Assembly (NCBI GenBank): GCA_965112735.1
Contig: OZ218959.1
Span: 930,001 to 994,000, forward strand
Source of the DNA: Phaeosaccion multiseriatum
Taxonomy: Eukaryota; Protista; Ochrophyta, other classes
Reading direction: 5' to 3'
Length of the DNA: 64,000 nucleotides
A model generated the notes under the pieces. The model was not told the origin of the DNA. It saw only the letters and a list, made by a program, of their open reading frames with translations, and ran no database searches. Of this stretch, positions 1 through 11,613 are shown piece by piece. The position numbers and the translations under genes were made by a program. Each line of letters starts with the position of its first letter. Position 1 is the first letter of the stretch.

Positions 1-188
1 GACATCACTGTCATCACCCCCATTTTCCAGGCCCGGGAAGGGGAAGGGGCTGCGAGTAACGGAGGGTGAGGACATGGAACATGCGCTTTCCTCACTCGCA
101 AGGGGTCGGAAGCGTCACACCCCCCCCCTCTGTCAATGTAATGTGTGCTGCCCCACCCCCCACCTCCTCCCTTCGCTGCCCTCTCTTC

Positions 189-231
<43 letters not shown>

Positions 232-3200
232 CCTCCCTCCAGTCCTCTCTTCTTCGTTGCGTCTCGGGGGCACCATGCCGACGTGGGAGGCATCGCTCCG
301 GGCTCCATGCCGCCCATGAGCAAGACCCTGGAGGAGGAGGGGGCAGCCATCAAGGCATTCAAGATCGTGCAGAATGGAGAGTTTCAGGTCAGGAAGGAGG
401 GAGGAGTGGAAGACTCAGGAGAGAGAGAGTGTGTGTGTGTAAGGGGGTAAGGGGCTGCGCAAGTCTCTTGGATGAAACACTGACTTTGAGCCTGGTGCCT
501 GCCTGTCCTTCCCCTCTTCTCTCAGGAGGAAGCCATCTCCCGTCTGCTGCGGCGCGAAGGGGCGTCTCTGCCGGAGGGGAATGTGGGCACGAGGAACCTC
601 AGCGATAACCTCAGCGACCTTCGAGCTCAAGTGGCGGCCAACACCAAGGGCAGGGGCTTACTGCAAGGCCTCATTAAGGAGTACGGACTCGCCGTCGTGC
701 AGGTAGGGGGGGTAAGGGAGGGAGTAGCGATCACGCCACACCACACCACAGCGCTCCGCACCACACCAGTCCACACCACACCACACACCACACCACAGCC
801 TGCTGTTGAATGGCCAACTACTCTGTTCTCCAACTGCTGCTGTATGATCACCAACTGCCGCTGCCTCACCAACTGCTGCACAGGCGTACATGGGGCACAT
901 TCAGGAGAACGCGGAGACGGCCGTGAGGGCCATGCTCAAGGACTTCGCCAGGCGACAGGTGAGGAGCTGAGAGGGGAGGGGACAGTGCTAGCTAGGAGGA
1001 GGAGGAGGAGGAGGAGGAGGAGGAGGAGCAGAAGGAGGAGGAGGAGCAGCAGCAGCATGAGGAGGAGGAGGAGGAGGAGGAGGAGGAGGAGGAGCAGCAG
1101 CAGCAGCATGAGGAGGAGGACGGCGAATAGACACTCAGCAAGGCTGTGAGCGTGGTCCTCCCTTCTCTCTTGCCTCAAATGCGATGCATCAGATCATTCC
1201 ATCGATCGATCCATCCATCCACGCCATTGTATTGTGCTCCCCTGAGGAGCGAGGACGAGAAGGAGAGGGCTCTATCTATACCCTGTGTGTGCTCTGTGCT
1301 GAGGAAGAGAAGGAGAGAGCTATCACATCTGTGCTACTCCGTTCCCTCTCGCCTGCCCCCCCGGGCTCTGTCCAGGGCTAAGAATTGAAATTCTTTATCT
1401 CTCTGTGTGTGTGCGTGTGTGCAGGGCCTGGGTTCTGTAGGCACGGTGCGCGCTGTGGACTACCTCGACGACGGGTCGCCCATCCGCCTCGCTGTCACCG
1501 TGGACAGCACAGACGGAAGCGCCATCTTCGACTTCGAAGGCACCGGCCCTGAGGTACGTCAGCACTAAGGGTCTCCTCCCCCTCCTCCTCCTCCTTGAGC
1601 AGATACGACGAGAACCCCCTTTACCTCCCTCTCTTTTCACGGGCCTAAATCAAGCTCTTTCTTCACCCCCATCCCTCATTTCTTCTCTTTAGATGTACGG
1701 CAACTTGAACGCCCCCCCCGCTGTGACGGCCTCGGCCATCATCTACGCTCTGCGCTGCCTTGTACCGGACGCAGATATACCCCTCAACCAGGTAAGGGTA
1801 GAAAAGGGTACATAAGGGTTCATAAGGGTACATGCGAGTACTTGAAATATGAGTGAAGCTCTCCTCTGGCCTGCCCGTGCCCTCACTGCGTGTCTCACTG
1901 CCTCACTGCCTCACTGCATCACTGCCTCACTACCTCACTGCCTCACTGCCTCATTGCCTCACTGCATCACTGCATCACTGCCTCCCTGCCTCAATGCATC
2001 ACTGCCTCACTGCCTCACTGCCTCACTGCATCACTGCCTCATTGCCTCACTGCCTCACTGCATCACTGCATCACTGCCTCCCTGCCTCACTGCATCACTG
2101 CCTCACTGCCTCACTGCCTCACTGCATCACTGCCTCATTGCCTCACTGCCTCACTGCCTCACTGCATCACTGCATCACTGCCTCATTGCCTCACTGCCTC
2201 ACTGCATCACTGCATCACTGCCTCCCTGCCTCACTGCATCACTGCCTCACTGCCTCACTGCCTCACTGCATCACTGCCTCATTGCCTCACTGCCTCACTG
2301 CCTCACTGCATCACTGCATCACTGCCTCATTGCCTCACTGCATCACTGCATCACTGCCCTACTGCCCCACTGCCCCACTGCCCCACTGCCTCACTGCCTC
2401 ACTGCCTAACTGCGTCTCTGCATCACCGCTCCTAATGTCCCCTGTGCAGGGCTGCCTCGCCCCTGTGACAATCAAGATCCCCCCGGGGAGTCTGCTCAAC
2501 CCCTCAGACGGTATGACCCCATTGCTACTGCTGACAGAAAAGGAGTCGTGACCTGACACTCATTACTATTGCTGACATAGGCGAGGTCGTGACCTGACAC
2601 TCATTGCTATTGCTGACATAGGAGAGGTCGTGGCCTGACACTTACTGCTATTGCTGACAGAGGAGAGGTCATGGCCTGACACTCATACTATTGCTGACAG
2701 AGGAGAGGTCATGGCCTGACACTCATTACTATTGCTGACATAGGAGAGGGAGACTCTCAAGGGAAGGCTCGAGGTCGAGCAGGGCATGCCTGTCGCTCGT
2801 GACCTTAGCCTACGCTCTTGACCTCCCTCCTTTCAGGTGCGGCCGTGGTGGGGGGCAACGTGCTGACCTCCCAGAGAGTGACAGACGTGATCCTCCGGGC
2901 CTTCAGCGCCTGCGCCGCGAGTCAGGGCTGCATGAACAACCTCACCTTCGGCGACGAAAGCATGGGATACTAGTAAGTGCTACTGAGTGTAGTGAGTGTA
3001 CCAGTGATGTTCTACTGCTTGCAGTGAATGGGATATGACACAGTGAGTAGGATGCAGTGAGCATGATACAGTGGAGGGCGCTGTTTGTGAACACAATTAG
3101 TCACATGACGAGTACATGACGAGTGCATCTGAGCGTCGTCTTTCTCCCTCGGCTGCCCCCCTTGCCTGCCTGTCTCCCTCCCCCTTCGCTCAGTGAGACC

Positions 3201-3537
3201 ATCGCCGGAGGGGGGGGTGCAGGCCCCACCTGGGACGGGTGCAGCGGGGTGCACACGCATATGACCAACACGAGAATCACAGGTACGATGTGTGGAGTGA
3301 GCCTTAAACCTTAAACCTTCTTCGGCCGACTATGCTGGACCCCTTCCCCCCCGCGCCGGAGCAAAATTGCCACTGCCCCTGACTTTCTGACTGTCCTTTG
3401 ACTGCCATCCCCTCAGACCCCGAGGTGCTGGAGCGACGTAACCCCGTGCTGCTGAGGGGCTTCCAACTCAGGGAGGGCTCCGGGGGGGGAGGGCGGCACC
3501 CCGGGGGGGAGGGCGTCCGGAGAGAACTCGTCTTCAG

Positions 3538-3588
<51 letters not shown>

Positions 3589-4386
3589 CTGTGGGCAGAG
3601 GGGAGGATTAGGAAGGGGCCCTTTTCTGTTCATGCTCTATTTCTCACCCCACCCTGCATGTGACATGGTCACCAGCAGCAAGCAGCAGCAGCAGCAGCAG
3701 TTAGTGATACAGCAGGAGGAGGAAGAGGGCTGAGGGGATGAAAGGAGAGGCGTCCTTCTTATCGAACATACTCACTGACTTACTGCGTTGTTGTACCCCT
3801 TACAGGAAGCCGCTGACGGTGAGCATCCTGAGCGAGAGGAGGGCCTTCCAACCCTACGGCATGAAGGGAGGCCTGCCCGGAGAGAGGTGAGCACGGAGCA
3901 GGAGCAGCAGCAGCAGCAGCAGCAGCAGGAGGAGCAGGAGGGGAGGGGGGGTGCTTTGCTTTGGTCATTGTCGTCGCTCTTCGTCGCTCTTGTCACTCGC
4001 CCTTCTTTCTCTCGCTCATGCCCTCTCCCGTCTAATGTCTGTTGACTCTTTCCATATACTGTGTGATGTACAGGGGTGTGAACCTGCTGACCTTCATGGG
4101 CGGGCGGGTGGTGAGCCTGGGGGGCAAGAACACCGTCCAAGTCAAGGAAGGAGACGCTCTGACAGTGCTCAGCCCCGGGGGGGGGGGCTATGGAGAGCCG
4201 ACTGTCACAGCAGCGGGAGGAGAGGGAGGAGAGGCAGCCGAGGAAAGGGGGGCGGGGGAGGAGGAGGAGGAGGAGGAGGAGGAGGAGGAGAAAGAGAAGG
4301 GGCGTCACACCTCCTCTGCGGCCCAAAGTCGGCTGAGGCTCGGGGGCTCGGTCAACGCCTATCAACTGGCACAAGAGCAGGCGTAG
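1..4386 (+). CDS. OPLAH: 5-oxoprolinase (ATP-hydrolysing), hydantoinase B half; multi-exon, 5' end outside window
   Basis: Spliced exons (approx. 1-65, 243-387, 527-702, 884-958, 1425-1553, 1693-1791, 2450-2510, 2837-2972, 3195-3282, 3418-3537, 3806-3886, 4074-4386) give [112 protein letters not shown] and SPGGGGYG, all characteristic of OPLAH. Confidence 0.95.
1880..2405. repeat. Intronic octamer tandem repeat (CCTCACTG/CATCACTG)n
   Basis: About 520 bp of 8-mer units inside the OPLAH intron 1792-2449. Confidence 0.95.
2519..2748. repeat. Intronic minisatellite, ~43-44 bp unit, ~5 copies
   Basis: Unit approx. CATTACTATTGCTGACATAGGAGAGGTCGTGACCTGACACT repeated head-to-tail in intron 2511-2836. 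Confidence 0.9.
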
Positions 4387-4809
4387 GGGGAGGTAGGGGT
4401 AGCCGTCAATGAGAACAAGAGCAAGAGCAGGCTTGATTGCACAATGCAGCCTTGAGGGTGATGCTTGAGTGCTTGAACAGTGAGTGCTTGGTGGTCTTGC
4501 GTGAGCGTGGGCAATGGTCTTGGGCGCCTTATCGTACTACTACGATACGATAGTGTTGAATGGGCATTGTTGTCGGTGCGATAGTAAATAGAAATAGTCC
4601 ATTTATGTTGGACTTACGATGATGATAAATGGGTGCAGCTGAAGTGTACAACCAACTGCTTCGGGGTAGGAGTTCTAGTGACAAGCATAGAGAAGCAGAA
4701 AGCGATTGCTCCTCCCCGTGCCACACGGCCGAGGATGGAGCCGAAAGCGCTGCCCCTTCCATCCATCCCCTCCCCTCCCCTCCCTCTCCTCCTCCTGTAT
4801 GCGTTTCGC

Positions 4810-5575
4810 TCATCTGCCCACCTTAAAGGCCGGCCTCGACCCGCTGCTGCCTGACACCAAGTAGGCGCTGCTCGAGATGCTTCTTGGAATTAGGCCCTGC
4901 CCACCGCCTCGGCCCTTGTCCTTGCGAGAGACCGACATGTTCTCAGCCGCCGACGACAGAAAGGTCCTCCATCGCCCCCCACGAGGACCAGCAGCACCAG
5001 CAGCAGTTGGTGATACGGAAGCCTTCTTGGCGGTGGCCCAAGCAGGAGGAGGACTCCGAGGGCCCGTGTTCTCCTTCCCCCCTCGGGTGGCGGCACACCC
5101 ACAAACACACGCACACGCGGGGCAGCGCTGAACACGTTGCGGCCCGCTGGCTCCTCCTCCTCCCCTTTGACCGGCGCCGGTGCTACCATACGTAGGAGCA
5201 GGCGCGTTTGGTGGTACAGCAGTGGAATCACAGACGGCGGCAGGTCCGTAGACGAGGCGCTGGAGCTTGTTAAGGGCCTGCTCAAGGTGCAAACGCTGCT
5301 CTGTCCACGCTACGCTTGAGGCCTCGAGCAGAGACACTTGCTGCTGAGCCACCTGCAGCATCGAAGATGGGGGGGGAGGCCGCGTGTATGGAATGAGTGA
5401 AGGGTGCTTGGTACTCATGCATGTGCCGAGAGAAAGAGAGGGAGAGGGAGAGGGGGGTCGCCACCCCACCCCACCCCAACGCACTGAGTCCTCCTCTCTC
5501 CGCAAGGAAGAACGGACATGATATATCTACACGAGCACGAACGCCCACCGGCCCCGCGCGTACAACCCGCATACA

Positions 5576-5606
<31 letters not shown>

Positions 5607-8600
5607 TCGCACGCTCGCACGCAGGCACGCACCTGCAGCGCCTGATCTGCCGCCGCCATGTCCCTCTTGTGCCTGCCTGCGTCCCTCTCCGCCGCTGCCC
5701 TGCCCGCCAAGGCCTCTCTGAGCTGCCTCCTGAGCTCCTTACTCTCCGCCCTCTCCAAGCGCCGCTCCTCCCCGACTTGCTTGAGCTCGCCCCGCATGCT
5801 CCCCTCCCTCGTTAGGGCGTCCTCCTCCCTGGCCTTGGCGGTATGCACGGCGCGTGAGATGCGCTTCAGCTCCTCCACTTGGGACTGTGCCGCCAGACGC
5901 TCCTCCTCCTGAGCGCTCCTGACCGCCGTCGCGTCTGTGTTGGTTGGTTGGTTGGTTAGGTGAGTGGTTGGTTGAGTGGTTGGTTGGTTGTTGAGTGGTT
6001 GGTTGGTCGTTGTTTGTTGTTTTGATTGAGGTTGGCTAGTTGGATGCAGGCGTCTTGCTTGCTTGCTTGCACCCCCCCCTCTGTGACTCACCCGCCGCCC
6101 TGGCCATCTTGACGGCGGCAAGCTCCCTCATGCCCTGTGCGTGTCTGCCCCTCTCCTCAGTGAGGAGCTCCTCCAAGCGCCGAACCCTCTTGGCGTGCAG
6201 ACCCCTGAGCTTCTCCACCTGCCTGCCATGCTCCTGCGCCTCCTCCGTCATTCGCCGCATCTCCTTCTGTAGCCTTCGCCTCTCTTGCTCCGAGGCCCGC
6301 AGCTCCTCCTCCTTCCCCGCCCTCCCCTCCCTCACCACCGCCTGCCCCTGCCTCTCCTTCAGCAACACCTCCTGGACCCTCCTCTCCACTTGCCGCTCTG
6401 CCCTTGCCTGCAGTTCCTCCTTCTCGAGCTCTGCCCTACCCACGGCCTCTGCCAAGGCTGCCTGATGCCTCTCCCTGAGCCCGGCCGCCACATCCGCCAC
6501 CTCCCTCGCCCCTCGCTCGGCACTCTGCTGCAGCTCTACCTCCAGCCGTGCCTTGTGGGCCGCAAGCCCCTCGTTCTCGGCCTCTAACAGCCGCACACGC
6601 CTCTGGTGCTCTGTCGCCTGTGCCTCCAGGCGGGCCTGCCAGTGCGCCTCCCAATCGCATTGGGCCTGTCGATTTGCCTCCTGCTCCTCGCCTTGTACTC
6701 CTGCCGCCGCCGCCGCTACCGCAGCAGCCTGCCTCCGCTCTGCCTTTCTCTGTGCCTGCCCTTCCCGCCGAAGGGCGTCCTCGAGGTCCTGCTTCACACG
6801 ATGCAGTTCACTCCTCAGCAGCTCGCTCTGCTGCGACTGGCGAGGGACGCACGCAGAGAGGACGAAGAGTAAAGGGGGAGAGGAGCAAAGGGAGAGAGGG
6901 AGAGAGGGAGAGAGGGAGAGAAGGGTCTGAGTGGATGACCAGTCTGTCCTGCACCTCCTGCACCTCCCTCCCGTCCCCTCCAAGTGAAGGCACCCGCCTG
7001 AGAAGTGGGTATCCCCAACCCCTCGCCCCCCCACTCTCACTCACCTCCAGCAGCGCATCACTCGTCCTCCTCGCCTGCCGCGTCTGCAGCTCTGCATGGG
7101 GAGCTTCGCCAGAATCCTCTCGCCCCTGCCTGTCTTCTCGCCCACCACCAATGCTTGTGCGGTCTTCTTCCATGCGTGCATCTCCTCCTCCTCCTCCTCC
7201 TCCTCCTCCTCCTCTTGCCGCAGCCGCTGGGGGAGGGGGCAGTGAGGAGGCGGCCACCGATGCACGCGAATCTTCTAAATCGTGTGTAGGTGAGGAAGGT
7301 TGGGGGGAAGGTTGGGGATCCACAAGGGGGGGGGGTGCTGACACGCTCATGCTGCTTCTGCTTCTTCTGCGTCTGCCCCCCCCGCCTCCTGCAGCTGTAG
7401 GAGCAGCAGCACCAGCAGCAGCAGCAGTTACAGAAGAAGTCACAGAAGCAGCAGGAGGACGAGGAGGAGGGGCACTTGCTGAAGCAGACTCAGCCTCGCC
7501 GCCGCTCCTGCGACTTTTGCCGTGCGCCTCCCCATTGGAGCTGCGCTGGGAAGCCACAGAGCCTCTTCTGCGGCGTATGTACGTCGGGGCATCGCCAGGA
7601 AGGGGCTGTTTCACCAACTGTTGTTGCTGCTGCTGCTGCTGCCATGAGTGCGACTCATGCCGCCGGTAAGAGGCGCTTTGCTGCCCCCCCCGGCTGTGCG
7701 AGGCCCCTTCGTCCTCTGCCGTCCCCCTGCGCTGCTCCTGCTGCTGTTGCTGCAGCCGCTGCTTCTCATACGAAGCAGATAATGACCTTTTCCGACGGTA
7801 GCCGGATGTAGGCAGCCGGTCTTGGTCCTCCATGTGTACATCCTCCTCCTCCTCCTCCTCCTCCTCCTCCTCCTCCTCCTCCTCCTCCTCCTCCTCCTCC
7901 TCCCTCCCTGACACGCTCCGCCGTGGCTGTGGCCCTGATGTATCGGCCGTCGCCATGGAAAGGTACAGGGGCGAAGAAGACGCCAGCGATACCGCTGAGA
8001 TGTTGCCTCGCGGCGAGGAGGAGGACGAGGAGGACGAGGAGGAAGAGGGAGGTGGACACGAGCCGTCCGAGGAGGCTATGTAGGAATGTGCCTCTCTCTC
8101 CTCAGCAGCTCCTCCCGCATCCCCTTGTCGGGAAACGCTGCTCTCAAGTAGGGCTCCGCTGTAGGAGCGAGTGGAGCCAGAGGCGTCCGCAGTAGGGGCA
8201 TTTGGCTTCCTCCCTGGGAAGCCTCCGTCTTCGTCTCCCCCAGCAGCAGCATGGACTGACCTTCCCTCCTCTCTCCTGCCCGCCCCCTCCTCCACCACAT
8301 GTCTCCTATAAAACCCACCAACCGCTCCCGCTCCGTCGGTAGTGCCCCCCCCTCCCAGGGTCGTGTCGTGAGTCGAATGGAACAGCTCAGAGGCCCTTAC
8401 AATTTCCGTGGCGGGCGTCAAGCCTACGCCTCGAGTGTGAGCTTTAGCAGCGACATGGTTCGCCGTGACGGGTGTACCAGCATTCAGGACGCTGCTGCTA
8501 CTGCCGCTCCGGTCCAGCTGGCGCGTCTCTTGGCTGAAGGGGGGCTCTCCCTCTCGTCCTCCTCGGACGACGGCGTTTATTTCCTCCACCCATTGATTGC

Positions 8601-8859
8601 ATGAGCTTGCGCTGTCGGCGAGCAGGGAAACCACTCGACCGCTCACCCACACAAGGTCAAAGCCGCAGCCGTTGAAAGAAGCTAGCCCGCTCCAGGCCAG
8701 GGCGCATCTCAATCCCACGAGTGAGCTCACCTCAGCATCACCGCCAGAGGCATCCCTAAAGTGTATCGACTTGTCCGCACCGTGCAGAGAAACACGGCGC
8801 GTGTGCCAACCGTACAGTCCGTCACTCCCTTGGAACTTCTGCTTCAGCAAACCCTCCAT
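4810..8859 (-). CDS. PH-like domain plus long coiled-coil protein, multi-exon
   Basis: N-terminal MEGLLKQKFQG..GWHTRRV...FDLVW...SLLADSASSCNQWVEEINAV fits the PH pattern (GxL, W in strand 2, W in terminal helix). E/R/Q-rich heptad exons lie at 6.1-6.85 kb and 5.6-5.9 kb, with GT-AG introns. Start codon is uncertain. Confidence 0.65.
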
Positions 8860-9137
8860 AGCTACCCCACTTGGCGGACAAATCAATTGGTGACCGTTGC
8901 CGGATTTCTGCCAAATGTTTCTTGGACGCAATATCGCCCAGAGATCATGGCTGGAAATCACGTGCGGCGTCCTTGGCAGAGAACATTAAAGAAGGATGCA
9001 GTGAGAGGCGTTGGGGGAGTGTAGACGGGTAGAAGGGTAGTGTGAGAAGGAGAAAGTGGAGGAAAGGGAGGAGGAAATTGGGAGGAGAGTTGGTCCGTTG
9101 TGGACCCACAGTTGGCGATTACTGTGTCTCGAGGTCT

Positions 9138-9419
9138 CTTTCAGTTTCTTAGGTGATTCCTATTAAGTCAATAAAGTCGCCCCTCGTGTCTCGAGGTCTC
9201 GAGGTGACGAGGTCGGAGGTCGACCCTTGACCAGGTTATCTGATTACTGATTATGACCGGCGCTAGCCGGCCTGATTACTGATTATTGGCGCCAGCCGGC
9301 CTGATTACTGAACCGGCGCACACTGTAACCTTGTCCAGGGTCGATCGAGGGGCCGGTTACTCTCCCTCTTGGGCGGGGAGGGGAAGTGCAGGACCAGCTC
9401 CGCGGTTGAGCCGACCCAG
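9138..9419. mobile_element. Composite interspersed repeat: 40-bp AT-rich module, TCGA-flanked miniature inverted-repeat element, 75-bp hairpin module
   Basis: Modules recur at 47960-48384. TIRs at 9224-9238 and 9326-9340 (13/15 match) are flanked by TCGA on both sides. Confidence 0.65.
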
Positions 9420-9636
9420 AAACTCTCTCTCCTCCCAGAAGGGAGGGTCTCTGGGCTGCAAGACACCCTTATGTTAAACTCGCATGGCCCTTACTTGACT
9501 CTTGCCCTCGCTCGCTGGCCGGGGCCTACGAAGCCTTTCATCCGCACAGAGAACAGCCCCTCACTATATAACAACTTGCGCTGATCACCTATCCACCCGC
9601 GCCCCCGAGGCCTCTAAACAAGGCCCTCACAAGTCG

Positions 9637-11196
9637 CTATGTGCCGAAGGCCCTCCACGTGTCCTCGTCCTTTGCGTCCTCAATGGCCGTCTCCCCGTAG
9701 CGATTCTCTGCCGCAAAGTTGGCCCCTCTCTCTAGCAGCAGCGCCACGAGGCGGGCGTGGCCCCTCCGAGACGCGTAGAACAGCGGAGTGTCTCCGTACT
9801 CGTTGGCGGCCTCCATGTCTGCCCCTGCCCCAAGCAACACCTGCGCCGCTCGGTAGTGATCCCCATACACAGCGAGGTGCAGAGGCGTCTCCGCGGACTT
9901 GTTGGTGACTTCGGTGGACGCCCCCGCCGCCAAGAGCAGCCGCAACACGCCGGAGAAGCCCCCTCGGGCGGCGTGGTGCTGGGGAGTGGCGTTCGACGCG
10001 CCGCGACAGTCGTCCGGCCGGAGTCTCTGCCTCTCGCGCTTCCTCCATCGGCCGCTGCTGCTACTGCTACTGCTGCTGTTGCTGGTGTACCTCCTCTGGC
10101 TAGTGTAGACGCTGCTGCTGTTTTTGCTACTGCTACTGTTGCTGCTGCTGCTGCTGCTGCTGCTGTTGTTGTTGGTGTTGTGGTCGCTGCTGAGGTTTCG
10201 GTTAGTGCTAGTGCTGTTGCTCTTCGTACCCTGGCTACTGCTGCTAACGCTGCTGCTACAGCTGCTGACGCTACTACAACTGCTCACGCTACTACTGCTG
10301 CTCACGTTACTACTATTACTCGTTCTTCTTCTACGGACATGCTCCTTCAACCTATTGATACTTCCCTCTCCTCCCTCCTCCTCTTCACCTTCCTCCTCCT
10401 CCTGTTCCTCCTCCCCCCGCTCATCCTTTCCCTCTTCCTCCTTATCGCCGCTGCCTTTCTCTACCTCCAGCCCCTCCTCCCGACGCGACCGCTGCCCGAT
10501 GAAAGTCTCTTCCTGCTGCTGCGGCTGATTCCCCCTGCCGTGGCTGCCCCGCTTCCTCCTCCTCCTCAGCAGCTTCCTGACCTCGGCCTCGTTACCCTGC
10601 GCCGCCGCTGTGAGAAGCCGGTCTCTCCTGGCGGCGGTCTCCTTGTGCAGGACGCTGAGCATGGCGTCTCCACACACGCTGGAGTGCAGGGTAGAGCGTG
10701 TCAGAGCCTCTGCCGCAGCCCTCCTGGCGGTGCTGGACAGCCCCTCGGACCACTCGGCCTGTAAATCGGCCCGCAACCTGGCTGCGGCAGTTGCAGCGCT
10801 GTACGTGGTGTTGATGCTGATGCTCAGGCCCACGAGGCTGTCCGTCTCCCCGCTACTGCACGAGCGAGACGAGGACACCGGAGAGAGCAGGGCCGCGGTA
10901 GAAACAGACGCCGTTGACGCACAACCCCCCCCCTCTTCCGCTCCTGCTGCTACTGCTCCTCCCCCAAGCGCAAGCGGAGCCCCCTTGCCGAATGCTGGTC
11001 CGCCGCTGCTGCCCCATGCCAGGGAAGGGACGGGAGGAGCATAGGCCCGAGGGACTGTGGCGGGCTCCTTGCCGTCGCCGTCACTAATGACCGCTCCGAG
11101 GCGCTCCAGAGTCGCCATGGAGCTGCGCGTGTCGAGGATGCGAGCACGGGCCCGGCTAACACCACCCGCGGATGCAGCAGGTGTCGGACCCTCCAT
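9637..11196 (-). CDS. Ankyrin repeat protein
   Basis: C-terminal ankyrin repeats TPQHHAARGG, ETPLHLAVYG, GDTPLFYASRRGH and GETA, plus a degenerate repeat LLTAAAQGNEAEVRKLL before a long low-complexity insert. Confidence 0.85.
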   Translation of the reverse strand: MEGPTPAASAGGVSRARARILDTRSSMATLERLGAVISDGDGKEPATVPRAYAPPVPSLAWGSSGGPAFGKGAPLALGGGAVAAGAEEGGGCASTASVSTAALLSPVSSSRSCSSGETDSLVGLSISINTTYSAATAAARLRADLQAEWSEGLSSTARRAAAEALTRSTLHSSVCGDAMLSVLHKETAARRDRLLTAAAQGNEAEVRKLLRRRRKRGSHGRGNQPQQQEETFIGQRSRREEGLEVEKGSGDKEEEGKDERGEEEQEEEEGEEEEGGEGSINRLKEHVRRRRTSNSSNVSSSSSVSSCSSVSSCSSSVSSSSQGTKSNSTSTNRNLSSDHNTNNNSSSSSSSSNSSSSKNSSSVYTSQRRYTSNSSSSSSSSGRWRKRERQRLRPDDCRGASNATPQHHAARGGFSGVLRLLLAAGASTEVTNKSAETPLHLAVYGDHYRAAQVLLGAGADMEAANEYGDTPLFYASRRGHARLVALLLERGANFAAENRYGETAIEDAKDEDTWRAFGT

Positions 11197-11613
11197 CCTC
11201 TCTCTATTTTGTTGCGCTCTTTGTGTACTCGTCTCGCTCTCAAACCTCCTCCGTTCGAAGGCAGTCTAGTGCTCTGCCCTCTATGGCTACTTTAGCTCAT
11301 AAGCAACGAGCCATTCACAGCAGCTCAAGCCCCCTCTACACACGTCCCTTCCGTGTCGACATCGTCAACTGCTTCGTAAGGTCCTCATAACCTTACGTAA
11401 TCTTGCTGACTTTCAGGAGGATGGCACTTCACAGCCTCTCTTTGAAAGCCTTCATTTCTACGGTTAAAACAACTAAACTGCGGCTTTGCTGCTGAGCCCA
11501 CGTTACTTGCATTGCATCCCTCGCCTGACTCAGTCGTCTGAGAAGGTGTGCCAGCAGCAGCAGGGGAGGATGAGCAGTAGCCGCAACAAAACTCCTATAA
11601 AAATTGGCGGCAA

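Noticed and set aside
1849-2551. Long ORFs encoding LTASLPHC repeats
   Set aside because: All three frames are open because of an 8-mer repeat inside an OPLAH intron
2519-2748. CRISPR-like array
   Set aside because: Units are head-to-tail with no unique spacers, lie in a spliceosomal intron, and there are no cas genes
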